A stretch of DNA of 56,535 nucleotides, counting the filler, from Sphacelaria rigidula (Eukaryota), in NCBI GenBank assembly GCA_964200075.2. It is 5 parts of 5 records of this genome, joined end to end, with 100 filler letters (N's around TTAATTAATTAA, not from the genome) between each part and the next. Parts side by side here need not be neighbours in the genome. Positions count along the whole stretch, not along the records: positions 33,984 to 45,209 come from CAXNAA020005208.1; positions 45,310 to 56,535 come from CAXNAA020005209.1; 3 more parts are not named here. One strand, given 5' to 3'. The position numbers and the translations under genes were made by a program. Every line of letters begins with the position of its first letter. The stretch's first letter is position 1. Below, in pieces: positions 38,780 to 50,245 of the stretch. The notes under the pieces were generated by a model. That model saw only the letters and a list, made by a program, of their open reading frames with translations. It was not told the origin of the DNA and ran no database searches.

Positions 38780-39308
38780 GGTCAGAGAGTCCCGCATTCT
38801 GGCGATAAGACTCACTTTTATGGCAACGAATCTCGATTTGTACAAATATGAGGATATCAGCCCGTCTACAGGCGGTTTTCTCCCGTGGATTGATTTCTCG
38901 GACCCCAGTCCGTTGGGCAAAGTTTTTCGGCTAGCTGTGAGCAAACCAGATCACTTCTCCGATTCTCTGGACGCTTACTTTCGGTAAACCACCTCTCTGC
39001 TCGAATCAGGAGACTCCCGCATCTCCCCCGATTTTTTTTTTAATTGGGGAAAAATCGGGGGAGATGCGGGAGTCTCCCGATTTGAGCAGAAATGTGGTGT
39101 ATCGAAAGTCAACACCCAGAAAATCGGATAATTGACCTGGTTTGCTCACACCTAGCCGAAAAACTTTGCCCATCGGACTGGGGGCCGAAAAATCAATCCA
39201 CGGGAGAAAACCGCCTGTAGACGGGCTGAAATCCCCGTATTTGTACAAATCGAGATTCGTTGCCCTAAAAGTGGGTCTAATGTCGAAAAAAATGGGAAAA
39301 GGTCGACC
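38780..39308. repeat. Intronic foldback with ~250-bp arms
   Basis: Perfect 28-bp inner stem ggagactcccgcatctcccccgattttt / aaaaatcgggggagatgcgggagtctcc. Long paired blocks further out. Near-identical peptides in the + ORF 38742-38987 and the - ORF 39006-39335 confirm the symmetry. Confidence 0.95.
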
Positions 39309-39815
39309 ATGCCCACCTTCCAAGTTACCAGTCAAAACTGCTGTCAGTGTGGAGGTGGTGTGTCCAATACCCTGAGCGATCCGTTTTTAGTATGTATAAC
39401 ATATGGTCACTCAGATTGTTTCTGGTAAAGCGTAGCTAACTAATGGACTGAAGCCCATTCTTATAGGCTCTCTTGATTTGGCTTGAGTGCAACAATCCCG
39501 CCACGCTCCCTCGACTATGGACTACTGTAGAGTCCACGAATCGGTGATGAATCCGAGGTATCCCTTCAATGCTACGTGTGTCAGTGGTGTCATGTACCCC
39601 TGAATAGTTTCACGATGGTGCGCGTAGTAGGATTCTTGATTCGTTTCTTGTTGTCGTGTGTTCTTCCGCACGCATGCGGTCCTGTCTCATCATACGAGTA
39701 CTGCAAACCTGCTACTGCGGTGTACGGTAAGTGCCTATTGGTGGCATCTAGTCCTGCGCTCAGTGGTCCCGCACCATGCTGTCCCTTTTGTCGTGATTGT
39801 GAACGCCTGCAACAG

Positions 39816-39929
39816 GTATTCTTCAGCGGGGCTCTGCACGGGAACGAGCGCGTGGGCCCTACCGCCGTCATGGAGGCTGCCAAACTCATGGTGTTCGGCG
39901 CTGCTTGCTATGCCGACTCTTCGGCAAAG
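39816..39929 (+). CDS. M14 zinc carboxypeptidase exon with HxxE zinc ligands
   Basis: cag|VFFSGALHGNERVGPTAVMEAAKLMVFGAACYADSSAK|gcaagt (GC donor). Confidence 0.88.
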
Positions 39930-40463
39930 GCAAGTGCTAAACTCGTCTTGGGAAGCAAAGTCGCAACATCGTACCACTTCATCTCGAAAACGGACATCTC
40001 AACACGGCTTATCCCAGGGACCCTTATGAACCCAATTGGGCGCCGAGGTTCGGCGACTTTGTGAGCAACTTCGTGTTTCATTGTTGCAGCTTTCGTATCG
40101 GTCAAGGTTTTGGTATAGACACAATGGGCACAAGAGAAGGGATTGGTCCGGCGCCGAGAGAAACGGAGTAGAACAACTATGATGTTGACGTTGCTCATTT
40201 TTCGGTGGAGCCGGTGTCGGTGGTACTGTGTCAACGAGAGAAGTTGTGTGTATTGATGGGTCTCAAGGCGAACGCATTTGACCCCATGCAACGGGTATAA
40301 CGAAAATTCAGCACCGCTCGTGTTCGCCAACAGCATTCGTTTTCATGGGCGCATCCCCCCCCCCCACCCCCCGGCGGTCTACAACGTGCGTATACATCCA
40401 TCCTTACTGTACGTTCCAAGTTCACTTTCTCGTGATTTGTGCTTTGTTCGTTGTCGCCGTTAG

Positions 40464-40588
40464 GCGTGCGGAGAGGCCGTGCTCGCCAGCTCTCCGGATA
40501 TGGTGCCTTGGCTGGCAAGACTAGCGCTCACGCGCAACACGATCATGATGCCCTTCCCAAATGCACTCGGCTACTTTAAAAACACGAG
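40464..40588 (+). CDS. M14 zinc carboxypeptidase exon
   Basis: tag|ACGEAVLASSPDMVPWLARLALTRNTIMMPFPNALGYFKNT(R)|gtcagc, containing the P..N..GY motif. Not called in the supplied ORF track. Confidence 0.85.
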
Positions 40589-41425
40589 GTCAGCGTGTTG
40601 TCAATTTCACAAAACAACATAACCAGCAGGACTTCAAGAGACCGGAGTTTTAAATGCGGTTACTGTAGACTTGGACCGATTTCAGCTCGTAATTTCTGCC
40701 GAGACGTGTGACCTTTTATTTTCTCTAGATATCAAGAAGGACGTATGGGTAAAACTTGAGAAAAATGTATGTGAAATGTTGTCCTCACCTACGCGTGAGG
40801 GTCGCAGCTATACGTGACACACAAGCCGCGCTTGTCAGGCAGTGGCGACCCCGAGAAGTTGACACATGTTTTTCCTCAGGCCGATCACGCGTGCTTTCTA
40901 GTCTATTCGAGTCTGAATTAAGCTACTGCATTGCATGTCTCTTGGCTGGAACGCTGGCCGCCGCCTTTGCCTGGTAGAAGCCCTACCGTACCCTTGTTTT
41001 CCCCGCTGCTTCTTGTGTGTGGGACTTGTGTGTCCCGACTCTTACTGTAGCCGGCACTATTCGTTTTCTTTTTCTTTGAAGTACTTGTTCTTTCATGCAT
41101 GCGTTTGTGTAGGTGTGTGTAGGTATGTTAAAATCACTTGCACACTACCCGTGCTTGATGCCTTGATGACTCGTCATTTTCGTCCTGTCCACGTAATGAA
41201 GTTCAAATTTCGCTCTCGACCGTTTCAGGGTTTCTCGGGCTCTTCCTTTTTGTCCGGGATTGTTCCCCCCAATGAAATACACCGTAGAATATTCCACTTT
41301 CGCTGGTTCAACCATCAGTGTATTCGATTGTGGTCGTGACTCCGCAATACCTTGATTTTGCTAGGGTCTTTTCTTCGCCCACAACACATGCTGATCGCGC
41401 TGTGCTGATTTCTCGTTTGATGCAG

Positions 41426-41506
41426 GGGAGAAAGTGGAATGGATCCGAACCGAGACTTCCCCTATCAGCAAGATCCCACGGCTTGCATGACGACAATAAC
41501 AGCAAG
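41426..41506 (+). CDS. M14 zinc carboxypeptidase exon (DxNRxF motif)
   Basis: cag|G GESGMDPNRDFPYQQDPTACMTTITA(R)|gtgaga. Phase 2 on both sides. Confidence 0.88.
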
Positions 41507-41574
41507 GTGAGATGGGGTCCATCATTGATGTGCTACTACTGTACAAACAACCAATACCGCGTCTCGTTTGTACC

Positions 41575-42161
41575 TACCTCTGCGGCGAAGAACATGGGCA
41601 AATCGCATATTGGAGTCGAAAAGGGAACGGAAGAGTTTGAGGACACGTGGCGACGCGCGGATAAGCGAGAATCATCAGACCACCGTCACAGGCGAGAGGC
41701 TGCTGCGTCGAGGGCTGCCAATCGAAGAATCCTGTCTGCTCTTATTGGTTGTTGATAATATCCTTACACGGTGGCTCTGCGGTGCCCACTGGTGTGTTTC
41801 TGTATTTACTCTGCTGCCTTGAATCCCTTGGGCTTTTTCCTTTTTTTTTCATCATATTCTTTTTTTCTGTTTTATTTGCTCTTTACTTTCCTCTTATTTT
41901 CCTTTTTTTTGTTTTAGGTCGGCCATTTCTTTCTGTCCTTTGCTTCTGTTAAATTTTCATCATTATTTTTTCGTCACGTCTTCGTCGACTATGTCGTTCT
42001 GTTCGACTTTGTTTCTCATTTATTTTCTTGTTCCTGTTCGTCCTTTACTTTCGTGAGTGTTTCAGTTTCGTTTTTGTTGGGTACGTCTATCACGAGACCA
42101 CGGCTGGATCATGACTACCTGGGGGGTCAGTAAAAGTGCGACAATCAATCAATCAAATCAA
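41575..42161 (+). mobile_element. 5'-truncated LINE-like insertion: ORF C-terminus, T-rich 3' UTR, (CAAT)n tail
   Basis: AAKNMGKSHIGVEKGTEEFEDTWRRAD resembles RTE-type ORF C-termini (recalled, not searched). Followed by a T-rich UTR and the same terminal hairpin and tail as at 18895 and 5158. Confidence 0.6.
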
Positions 42162-43258
42162 TATATTTGTGAAGGACACCGCGTTGTATATGTCTGCTTT
42201 GCACGTGGCTTCTGTTGTCATGAACGCGTATGTTGTCTGCTCCGTAGGATCATCCCCTCGGGCTATAGGTGCCATTGCTTTATCCCAGATATACCGACCG
42301 CACTGACAATATGTGATCACCGCTTTTTTCGGCGTGAAGTTACAGTTCTAGTTCTATATTGTGTAAGTCAGGAGTTGGGTACGGAAGATTACACCGTGTG
42401 TTGGCGTTGCAGGTCGTTGTCGCAAACACAGAGGGGGGTTGGTTACCTGTATTGTTTCGTAGATTGACTGATTATCGTACATTGACCGATCCGCTGTGAA
42501 TAAGTGGTGGCCACCCATGAGATGGAGATGGAGGTGACCAAGATGAAAATACGGGATGCTCACGAACACACAAGCACAAGTTCGGCTCATGCGGCTGATG
42601 GGCATTGGGAGAATGAAGCCAAGGCAGAAGGCAGGATCAAAGGAAGGAATAGACGGGAGCCCGGAAATAAAGCAGGCATGGGCGGAAAACAGAGCTAGAG
42701 AACATAAGTCGAGTTGGAGACCAATGAAAGAAAGTAACAACCTAAATACTGTAGGATTGAGGGTGTGAGAGTTGAACGTCAGCTGGTGATGTTCCGAAGT
42801 TTGACGACGACGCGCTCAAAGGGTTCAAGTGAAGATTGCTGGAGATTTCACAACGCTATGGCAAGGTCAGACCCATGCTGTCCCACGGCATTGCTTTGCC
42901 GCCAAACCCAGCGGGCGCTGTGTGGCACCTCGTGGTACTAAAGTATGTCGAAGATATGGCGAACTGCTGAGCTATGGTATGGAGTGTCAAGCTTTGGAAC
43001 ACAGCATTGCCTTTCTTGTAGTACGCGTTGCTCGCCGGGCTGCGCTATTGCATGTGGATGGCTGCGGTACCACTTGTTTCTAACTGACACTCGGTTGAGT
43101 GTTGCACGCGTAACATGACCGTACTCTGTGATGCTTAATTTGGGATGTGACGTGTGACGTATATGCTGTATATATTTTTCTTTGATTTGTATCGTTGTTT
43201 GTACATGTGCATGCTGCTTGTTTCTGCTCGTTACTTCACTTCATATGTTGTTATGCAG

Positions 43259-43391
43259 AGCCATCAACGAAGTCTGGCGAGAACACGCGTTCCAGCTTGC
43301 GGTCACGTTTCACGGGGGCATGGTTGCCATGGCGTACGAATGGGGTAGTCTCAATCACCCGCACAAGCAGGATGCCGATGAACACTGGCAG
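43259..43391 (+). CDS. M14 zinc carboxypeptidase exon with third zinc ligand
   Basis: cag|A AINEVWREHAFQLAVTFHGGMVAMAYEWGSLNHPHKQDADEHWQ|gtgctg, containing TFH and Y.WG motifs. Confidence 0.88.
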
Positions 43392-44034
43392 GTGCTGTGC
43401 TGGACTCTTGAGCGCTTCATGTACAGTACTAGCGAACCATGTTCTGCAGTGTCTGGCGAACAAATCTTTGACAAGCACCGCCAAGCGGCGAAAGTTGGGT
43501 TGGGATGTTGAAGGTTCAAGACTCGGTTCCTCTCTTTCCCATTTCTTGTATTTTCTGCTGCGCCGTATGTTCACGCACGCAGCCGACACCGTTGTCGGAA
43601 CGAGGCCATAATCGCAAGGCAGCAAGTCATCGATCTCTACCCCCGGTAGTTGTCTTGCGCGCATCCCATCGGCTTCTGATGGAAATGCTTAATTTTTTGT
43701 CAATATTTTCCACCATTATTCGTATGTATTCAACCGTTTGACCTCGACGAGGGTGAGCTTTCTACCCTGTAGGGAAAGCCATACACAAAAAGCAAACACA
43801 CGAAGTGGTCCACTGGCATGCACAGGCTCAAAGGGACTCTCTCCGCTCAAGAGATTGACATGTTGTAACCATGACGTGAAAAGCACCGCGCTTGCGCAGT
43901 TTTACTTCGTTTTCACAGCTTTGAGTCCTCTATTTTCTCGGGACGAATCCGTGCTCTACTTGTCTTCAGGGATGAACCCATCTCTCCTTCCTTACACGCC
44001 TCGTATTTTGGTATGGAGGATCGGAGGTTGACCA

Positions 44035-44231
44035 TCAGTATTCCCGCACGGCGTCGGCTGGCGTCTACCAAACTTCGCTGAACACACCCTTCTTGCTGGT
44101 CATGTCCTCATGCTTTCAACGGCGGAAAAAATATTTTTTCGGAAAAATCGAATGCATTTGGTGGGGATTGAACCCACGCTCTTTCCACCTTGCTCGTGAT
44201 GATACCAGCTGTACCATTAGACCACGGGGGC
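44035..44231 (-). mobile_element. tRNA-derived SINE-like element
   Basis: Minus strand starts gcccccgTGGTCTAATGGtac...gtgGGTTCAATCCcacc, giving A and B boxes at tRNA-like spacing, but no valid anticodon or acceptor stem. 3' boundary approximate. Confidence 0.65.
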
Positions 44232-44759
44232 GCGGTGGTCGTGCACGATGGACATGATATCCCGTCGGGGAAGGAGGATTTCCCCCTGTGTTGTTTCACG
44301 ACAGTCGTGAGCTGTTGTCTTCACTGCTTCGCCTATGTACACTTGTACCAGTGTGCTCCTGTGTTGTGCTTTTGGTGGTTATATTTTGCTGTTCGTGGCT
44401 GGCGGCAGTAACCGGGCCGCTCTCCCCGATGTGTCACTGTTGGTCCAACGTCGAAAATCTTCCCAACACTTTTTTCACGGAATGTCTGGGAACGCACCCA
44501 TTGCCCCGAACTCTCGAGTTGTCCTTCCCACACTTGTCAGTAGTGTGTGACTTATATTTGTTCGTGTACATGTACCGCTTGTACACTCTTTGTCAAGCTG
44601 TATCGAAAACTGTTTTCCAGGGCGTGTTGGTCCAACGCTACGCTTTGGCGAGCACTTGCTCCATCCTTGTGTCATCCAACACTTGACTCCTCTGACCACG
44701 TTTGTGTGAGGAAAACCCGTGCCCTCAGCACCTGGCTTGATGTTCTGCTTGTTGCACAG

Positions 44760-44845
44760 GACTTGAGTCCGGACCATGGAGCCCAGGCGGACATTACTGC
44801 TGGTCTCAGCCGGTTCGCCGGAGCCTTCAAAGCTCAGGGGAAAAC
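44760..44845 (+). CDS. M14 zinc carboxypeptidase exon; gene continues beyond the block
   Basis: cag|DLSPDHGAQADITAGLSRFAGAFKAQGK..|gtgagg. Phase 0 matches the previous exon. Confidence 0.75.
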
Positions 44846-45124
44846 GTGAGGAAGCATTCCATGTACTGTTGGAAACACTGTCAAGCACTGTGGTAAATCG
44901 TCTTCAAATGGAGCAGGCCATGCGCTCTCGAATCTCGATATTGCTTGATCCACCGCCGCGCATTAGCCTGTCCATTGCTACGACGACATACAGCCGAGGT
45001 TACAGAATACATGTACCCCCAAGATGAAAAAAGGGAAACGGTCGCCAAGGGTAAGAAGGTGGGGAAATTATGAAAAAATACAGAGCGAGCAGATTGAACT
45101 GGAAATGGGCAAGGAAATTACTAT

Positions 45125-45136
45125 TAGTAGTAGTAG

Positions 45137-45209
<73 letters not shown>
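45125..45209. repeat. (TAG)n(TAT)n microsatellite
   Basis: Short TAG run followed by a long TAT run up to the linker. Confidence 0.97.
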
Positions 45210-45309
45210 NNNNNNNNNNNNNNNNNNNNNNNNNNNNNNNNNNNNNNNNNNNNTTAATTAATTAANNNNNNNNNNNNNNNNNNNNNNNNNNNNNNNNNNN
45301 NNNNNNNNN
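45210..45309. other. Artificial linker 4
   Basis: N44-TTAATTAATTAA-N44. Confidence 0.98.
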
Positions 45310-45999
45310 GGCACGCGGGAGTGCTGCAGGGAGCGGATAGGTTCATGACCTCATGGCACAGAAATGAAGAGGAGGCCAGCCGACTGCGTGCGATTAGACG
45401 GGAGACCAGCGAAGCCCACATGGCCCAGCAGTGACGACGGTCCAGAAAAGGGAGGGGGGGGGGGGTGACCCCCCCCCGATGAGGGGTGCCGTTATGTCAT
45501 GCGGTGCTTGTCTTGATACACCTGGTATGCTTGTACGTATGGCTGACCCTTGAGAGGTCGAAAGGTGGAACTTTGCGATCCTTAGTTCTTTGGTTGGTGG
45601 TGTTGGGGGCCTCGAGTCTCGCCCGTAGTCGGACTTCATGTTCATTTCTACTTGGTCTCGCGCGTCGAATTGGAAAGCCGGGTGCCACCTCCTGAAGTCC
45701 GAATGGCCACCTGCGGAACCGGATCTTCTTCGGACAGCCATATGTATTCTCTTCTTTACTTTTCATCCCTGTTTGCTTGCATCGCGTTTTGTGAGTTTGA
45801 ATTCACGTTTTTTTTTATTTATTTCCCCATGCCTCATTATAGGCAGCTAGCCTGTGACCACGGAAGGCGTCCGCAGCAGACGCCCGGTACGAATGTACCG
45901 CGCAGACATCGGAACGGTTTTGAGAAATGTCAAAACAACGTTTCAGCCTGTGGGCGAATAGCACAGTAATTGCTGCCTGGCTATAAAAAATGTCAAACC

Positions 46000-46870
46000 A
46001 ATGCCAAACCTCGAGATTAACAACACGCTCGAGGTGTAAGGCCCATGCAGAACACAGCGCAGAAGGGAATTCAATTTCCAGGTGAAAATGATGCCGAAGC
46101 TGAAGGAGGTGACACGCCGACTGTTGGTTTTTCTCAGAGATTCTTCAGCAGATGTCAGAGCGGTACAGAACAGCAGACCCGGGATGAGAGTATTTCAACC
46201 AGTTTTGAGAGCGGCGCACAAAGTGCCTTTCAAGCCGAGTGAGGAAGGAATATGACACTGCAATGACCCGGCTGACCGTCTCAGATGTGATGCCGATTCA
46301 AACTCAAACTGGAAATGATCTCAAACGATGATACAAAAAACCTGCAGCAGCGGAACAGAAAATAGCAAAAAGGAAGATACAGATCAAAACACGCTCGATG
46401 TGTAACGTCCATGCAAAACACAGCGGGGAACGCAAATGTACTCCAAACTCCAGCAGAAACTGACCACAACTCAATGTCCAGTAAAATGAATAACAGGGTC
46501 AGTGAAAAGGGTGTCCTCGGAAACGATGCCTATCAAAATGTGTAAAAACGACCCGGTTGATCGTTCCAGCATATGACGGCTGGCCGTTCCAGACTTGATG
46601 CCGATTCAAATTCAATATGCAGAAGAGTCCGACACAGGTTCGATAATGAACGCTGCAGCAGCGGAACAGAAACAGCAGAAAAGGAACAGACATGCGTGCG
46701 AGATCAAAACACGCTCGAGGTGTAACACCCACGCAGAACACAGCACGGAAAGCACATGTACTCCAAACTCCAAAAGAACAGGACGTGGACTCGTGTCCAG
46801 TGAAATGCAAGAAAGGATAGGATCAGCGAAAAATATGTACTCGAGTATGACGGGTCAAGATGTGTAGAAA
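46000..46870. repeat. Diverged tandem array, about 3 units of ~320-365 bp
   Basis: aacacgctcga(g/t)gtgtaa...gca(g/a)aacacagc at ~46022, ~46388 and ~46707; tgatgccgattcaaa at ~46288 and ~46596. Confidence 0.8.
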
Positions 46871-46928
46871 CGGTCAGGTAGAGACGTGCTCTGAAATTTA
46901 CTCAAGGCGAAATTCCGCCTGTGCCTGT

Positions 46929-47100
46929 GAGAGCTTGGCAGCGAAATGACAACTGTCTACATAATGGACGTTTGACCGGAAAGATAAATGGCTACATTGA
47001 TGGCACTCAAAAATCAAATGAAGACGGGATGCTGAGCTGTGAGCCCTTGGCAGCGAAACGACAACTGTCTGCAGGAAATGTATTTACCCGAAAAGATATT
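46929..47100. repeat. Two-copy direct repeat, period ~112 bp
   Basis: cttggcagcgaaa(t/c)gacaactgtct...gaaa(a)gata occurs twice. Confidence 0.75.
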
Positions 47101-48514
47101 CGTGCTATTACAGGGTTAATATCGATCCTTATTGCTCGAGCTATATGGGTTCCCGATACCCCACGTATATTGGAAAACAACACGGTCGACCCTCATGGGT
47201 AACATACGCATTGGTTGATCCGTACATCATTCGCCATTCGCAAGTCGTGCATGATAAATATTGAGGGGGCGATATATCATCACATTGTAGTACCTTCGCC
47301 TAGTATACATCGAAATCGTACCGACCGGTCTGGGGTGTGACTAGTTGCGGAAGCTTCTTGTACGCATCACGAGGGACAGACACGTCCCGAAAAAAGAAGA
47401 GAAAACTGGTCTCTCACCGTGTCCCCGGTGATGATGATGTCATCATCCGTAATATCGCAGACCAGCTTCACACCACGATGTCCCTTCGCCTTGTTCTCCA
47501 TTTTTTCGCGCCACTTCAGCGTCCCGCTGCCCAGCGACTCGATTAAAATCGCCAAACTAACAAAAACATCGTCAACCAAAGCAACGCAAAACAGAAACAT
47601 AAAAAAAGCAAAAGGTGATAAAACGAAAGGGGTTGGTTGAGGTTACGATTTGTCATAAAAAAGCACAGTTTTCGAGTGTAAGGTTAACAAAATATCCCGC
47701 AGACTCGTCAGAAACGTAGATATCCTTCGTCTGTAGCAGTTTTCACGATCAGAACAAGGGAACTTGTGGTCCAAGGCGACTAATATTCGGATACTTCGAC
47801 TACAATACCAAGACTCCACGGTGACTGCTTGATCTCCTGGACTGGGTGTCACCAGATATTGGTACCCGTCACAATTTCTCCACGAGAAATTGTCTCGCAC
47901 TTCCAAACAAACCTCTTAGCCCAAATATCCAGAGATTTTTTCCACGTCACAATATTCGGGAGGGGTGACCGCTGTTTTTCTCGAGAGAACCGAGATTGAG
48001 AAGTACATCAACTGGGGGCGATATATATATATACACCGTCACCCACGATAGGCTTCTCGGGGTGCGCTGAACCCTAGTGGGCTCCAGGGTGGGTCAGTGC
48101 TACACGTACGTAATTTTTTATTTAAAACATCCGTGGTAACATGGCGAGTGAAGAAGGCTAGTACAGCCTGTGTCTGCTTCACTAGAACTTGCAAAGGTAA
48201 GGAAGCCTTGGAGTGTTTCCTTAGGTTCAATCACATCGTAGCTCTTCCGGCAGTTCTAACGACACGCCTATGAACCAAACACTGTAAACGTACCTCACGC
48301 TCACAAGAGCCGTTTCTGTACTAAAGTATTTGTATTCCAAAATGTGTTCTCAGGAGCTGCATAACCCATGACTACAAAATGCATATCTCAGTCCTTGTCG
48401 AGCTTTGCTTTGAATTAATTTGCAACCTCGAATATGCGCACAACCCAACTCAGCATGGGTTGTTTTCAAATCGATAAACACATGAACATCATTCGATCAC
48501 GTATAAATTGTTAT

Positions 48515-49100
48515 TCCGAGACTTTTGATAAAAATATCAGCTCGCCGGAAGTCGGTGTCGTCGTGCTCCACAGCTACAACCTTATTCGCAATGACTCACG
48601 TAGACAAACTTGATGTCAACGTCTGTGGTACGGGGTAAGATCGGCTTCGTCTTACTGATCCCGATCACGCGCATGGTGTCCTCGTGGATGATGGGTATTG
48701 TTGGTCGAATTCTATCGTCTTCAGAACGTGTCGCAAATGAATCAACATGTGTACAGCTCTAGACAGGGCCACGTATTACGCCTCAGTTGCTGAAGTGGCA
48801 ACTGCTGTCTGCAGTTTCGAAGTCCGATCAATCGATCCGCCTTCCAAGTAGAAAACCCCCCCTGCCATTGAGAACCCCAGTTCTATGCCTCCGACCAAGT
48901 TGAAATTTACGTATACACTCGACCTTCCTCCGAAATCGACATCCGAGCCGTACCTTATCCCGACATCAATCGTCCGCTTCAAGTACCTCATGGATCGCAT
49001 CAGTCTCACTTACTAAGGCCTTCGTTCTTGGCTTGGACATGCTACTCGTCTGCACCACGACCAAATGTGTCATATCAGGTACTGTGTTGTACATTTGCTC
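48515..49100 (-). mobile_element. Ty1/copia RT-RNase H remnant
   Basis: MRYLKRTIDVGIRYG...YVNFNLVG...GGVFYLEGGSIDRTSKLQTAVATSATEA, with ADILSK downstream, matches copia YLKGT..., SKxQxxVAxSxxEAE and ADxxTK motifs. Heavily decayed. Confidence 0.85.
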
Positions 49101-50245
49101 AGGTAGAGCAAGGCTCCGGTAACTGGACGGAAGTATGCCGTGTCTCCTACCGAAAGAACACTGTTCTCGAGCATCTCGATCGTTTCTCTGCTTCGGCTGG
49201 CGTTTTCTGTCGCCGCGCCCCGCCCATGCCGTACGTTGGGGGAATCGATTTCGCGCACACCTCTTGCTATAGCGTGACGCAACTGGCGTCATCGTCTTCG
49301 ATGATTTCGATACCAAGTCAAGAGTGGAGTCGCCGAGGTCTACGGTCGGAAAGAAGAGGTTGAGCTGTAGATGATCCCTTCAACTTTCACCTTTCGCCGC
49401 CTCTCACTAGGATGCCGTCCCTCCCTAGGCCTTACTCACACGTGAGCATACGTTGCATCATAATCCAACAACAAAACTGATTGGGGTGTCCTGTTACACG
49501 GGGCATATCTTCGAACGAGAGCTGAGATTGGCTCCCAGATCATTTTTACCACGAGGCTCATGACGTGGAAAAGTATCTGAACTAATACAGTGAGTGAGGA
49601 AGGCTAGCACAGCTTGCGAGCAGCTTCACCGTATTGTTAGAAAAACTGGGGCTTCAGGTTCAAAAAGCTCAAAAGCTCCATCATACGAGCTGGTACTACA
49701 ATCAGAAGAACGCATGAAAATGCACGATCCATGACAAGCCCAATGAGCAACTTTGCTGGAAAACTATACGGCGCATCAGACTCTGCGACGGACCACTTGG
49801 AGTGTATTTGAAAGGCATAACTATACTGTAGTCAAACTCCTCTGTACTGTTCTGCAAAAATGTGTAGGTCACCCTTACCTGCCGTTATCGGTCATCAGAT
49901 GTTCGATTCCGTACAGCACTCTGTTGTTGTTCAGCACGTCCATGCCACTGAACCACCGGTACGGCGTAATCGGAAGCGTCATCGTGAATGCCTGCGCGAT
50001 ATAGAAGTCATCATCCAACGCACAGCGTGAACATATACAAAAAAACGGGTTGGAAAAAGTGACGTTTGTTGGTAGAATCCGTGTGATTTCAACCTTGTTA
50101 GCCCCCGGTGAACGAGCAACAATGAAAGCCAATTCGATTCAATTCACCACGCCGAGCTCCCGCAGATCAACACCTGAGTCTCCCAAGCCATTCCCGAAGC
50201 GGACACGATCCCGCTTGGACACATGGATACTCCCGGGCAGTCAAA

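Noticed and set aside
38742..39375. Apparent duplicated protein-coding ORFs on opposite strands
   Set aside because: A by-product of the DNA palindrome, not genes.
44155..44231. Functional tRNA gene
   Set aside because: Has A and B boxes, but the acceptor and anticodon stems do not pair; treated as a SINE head.
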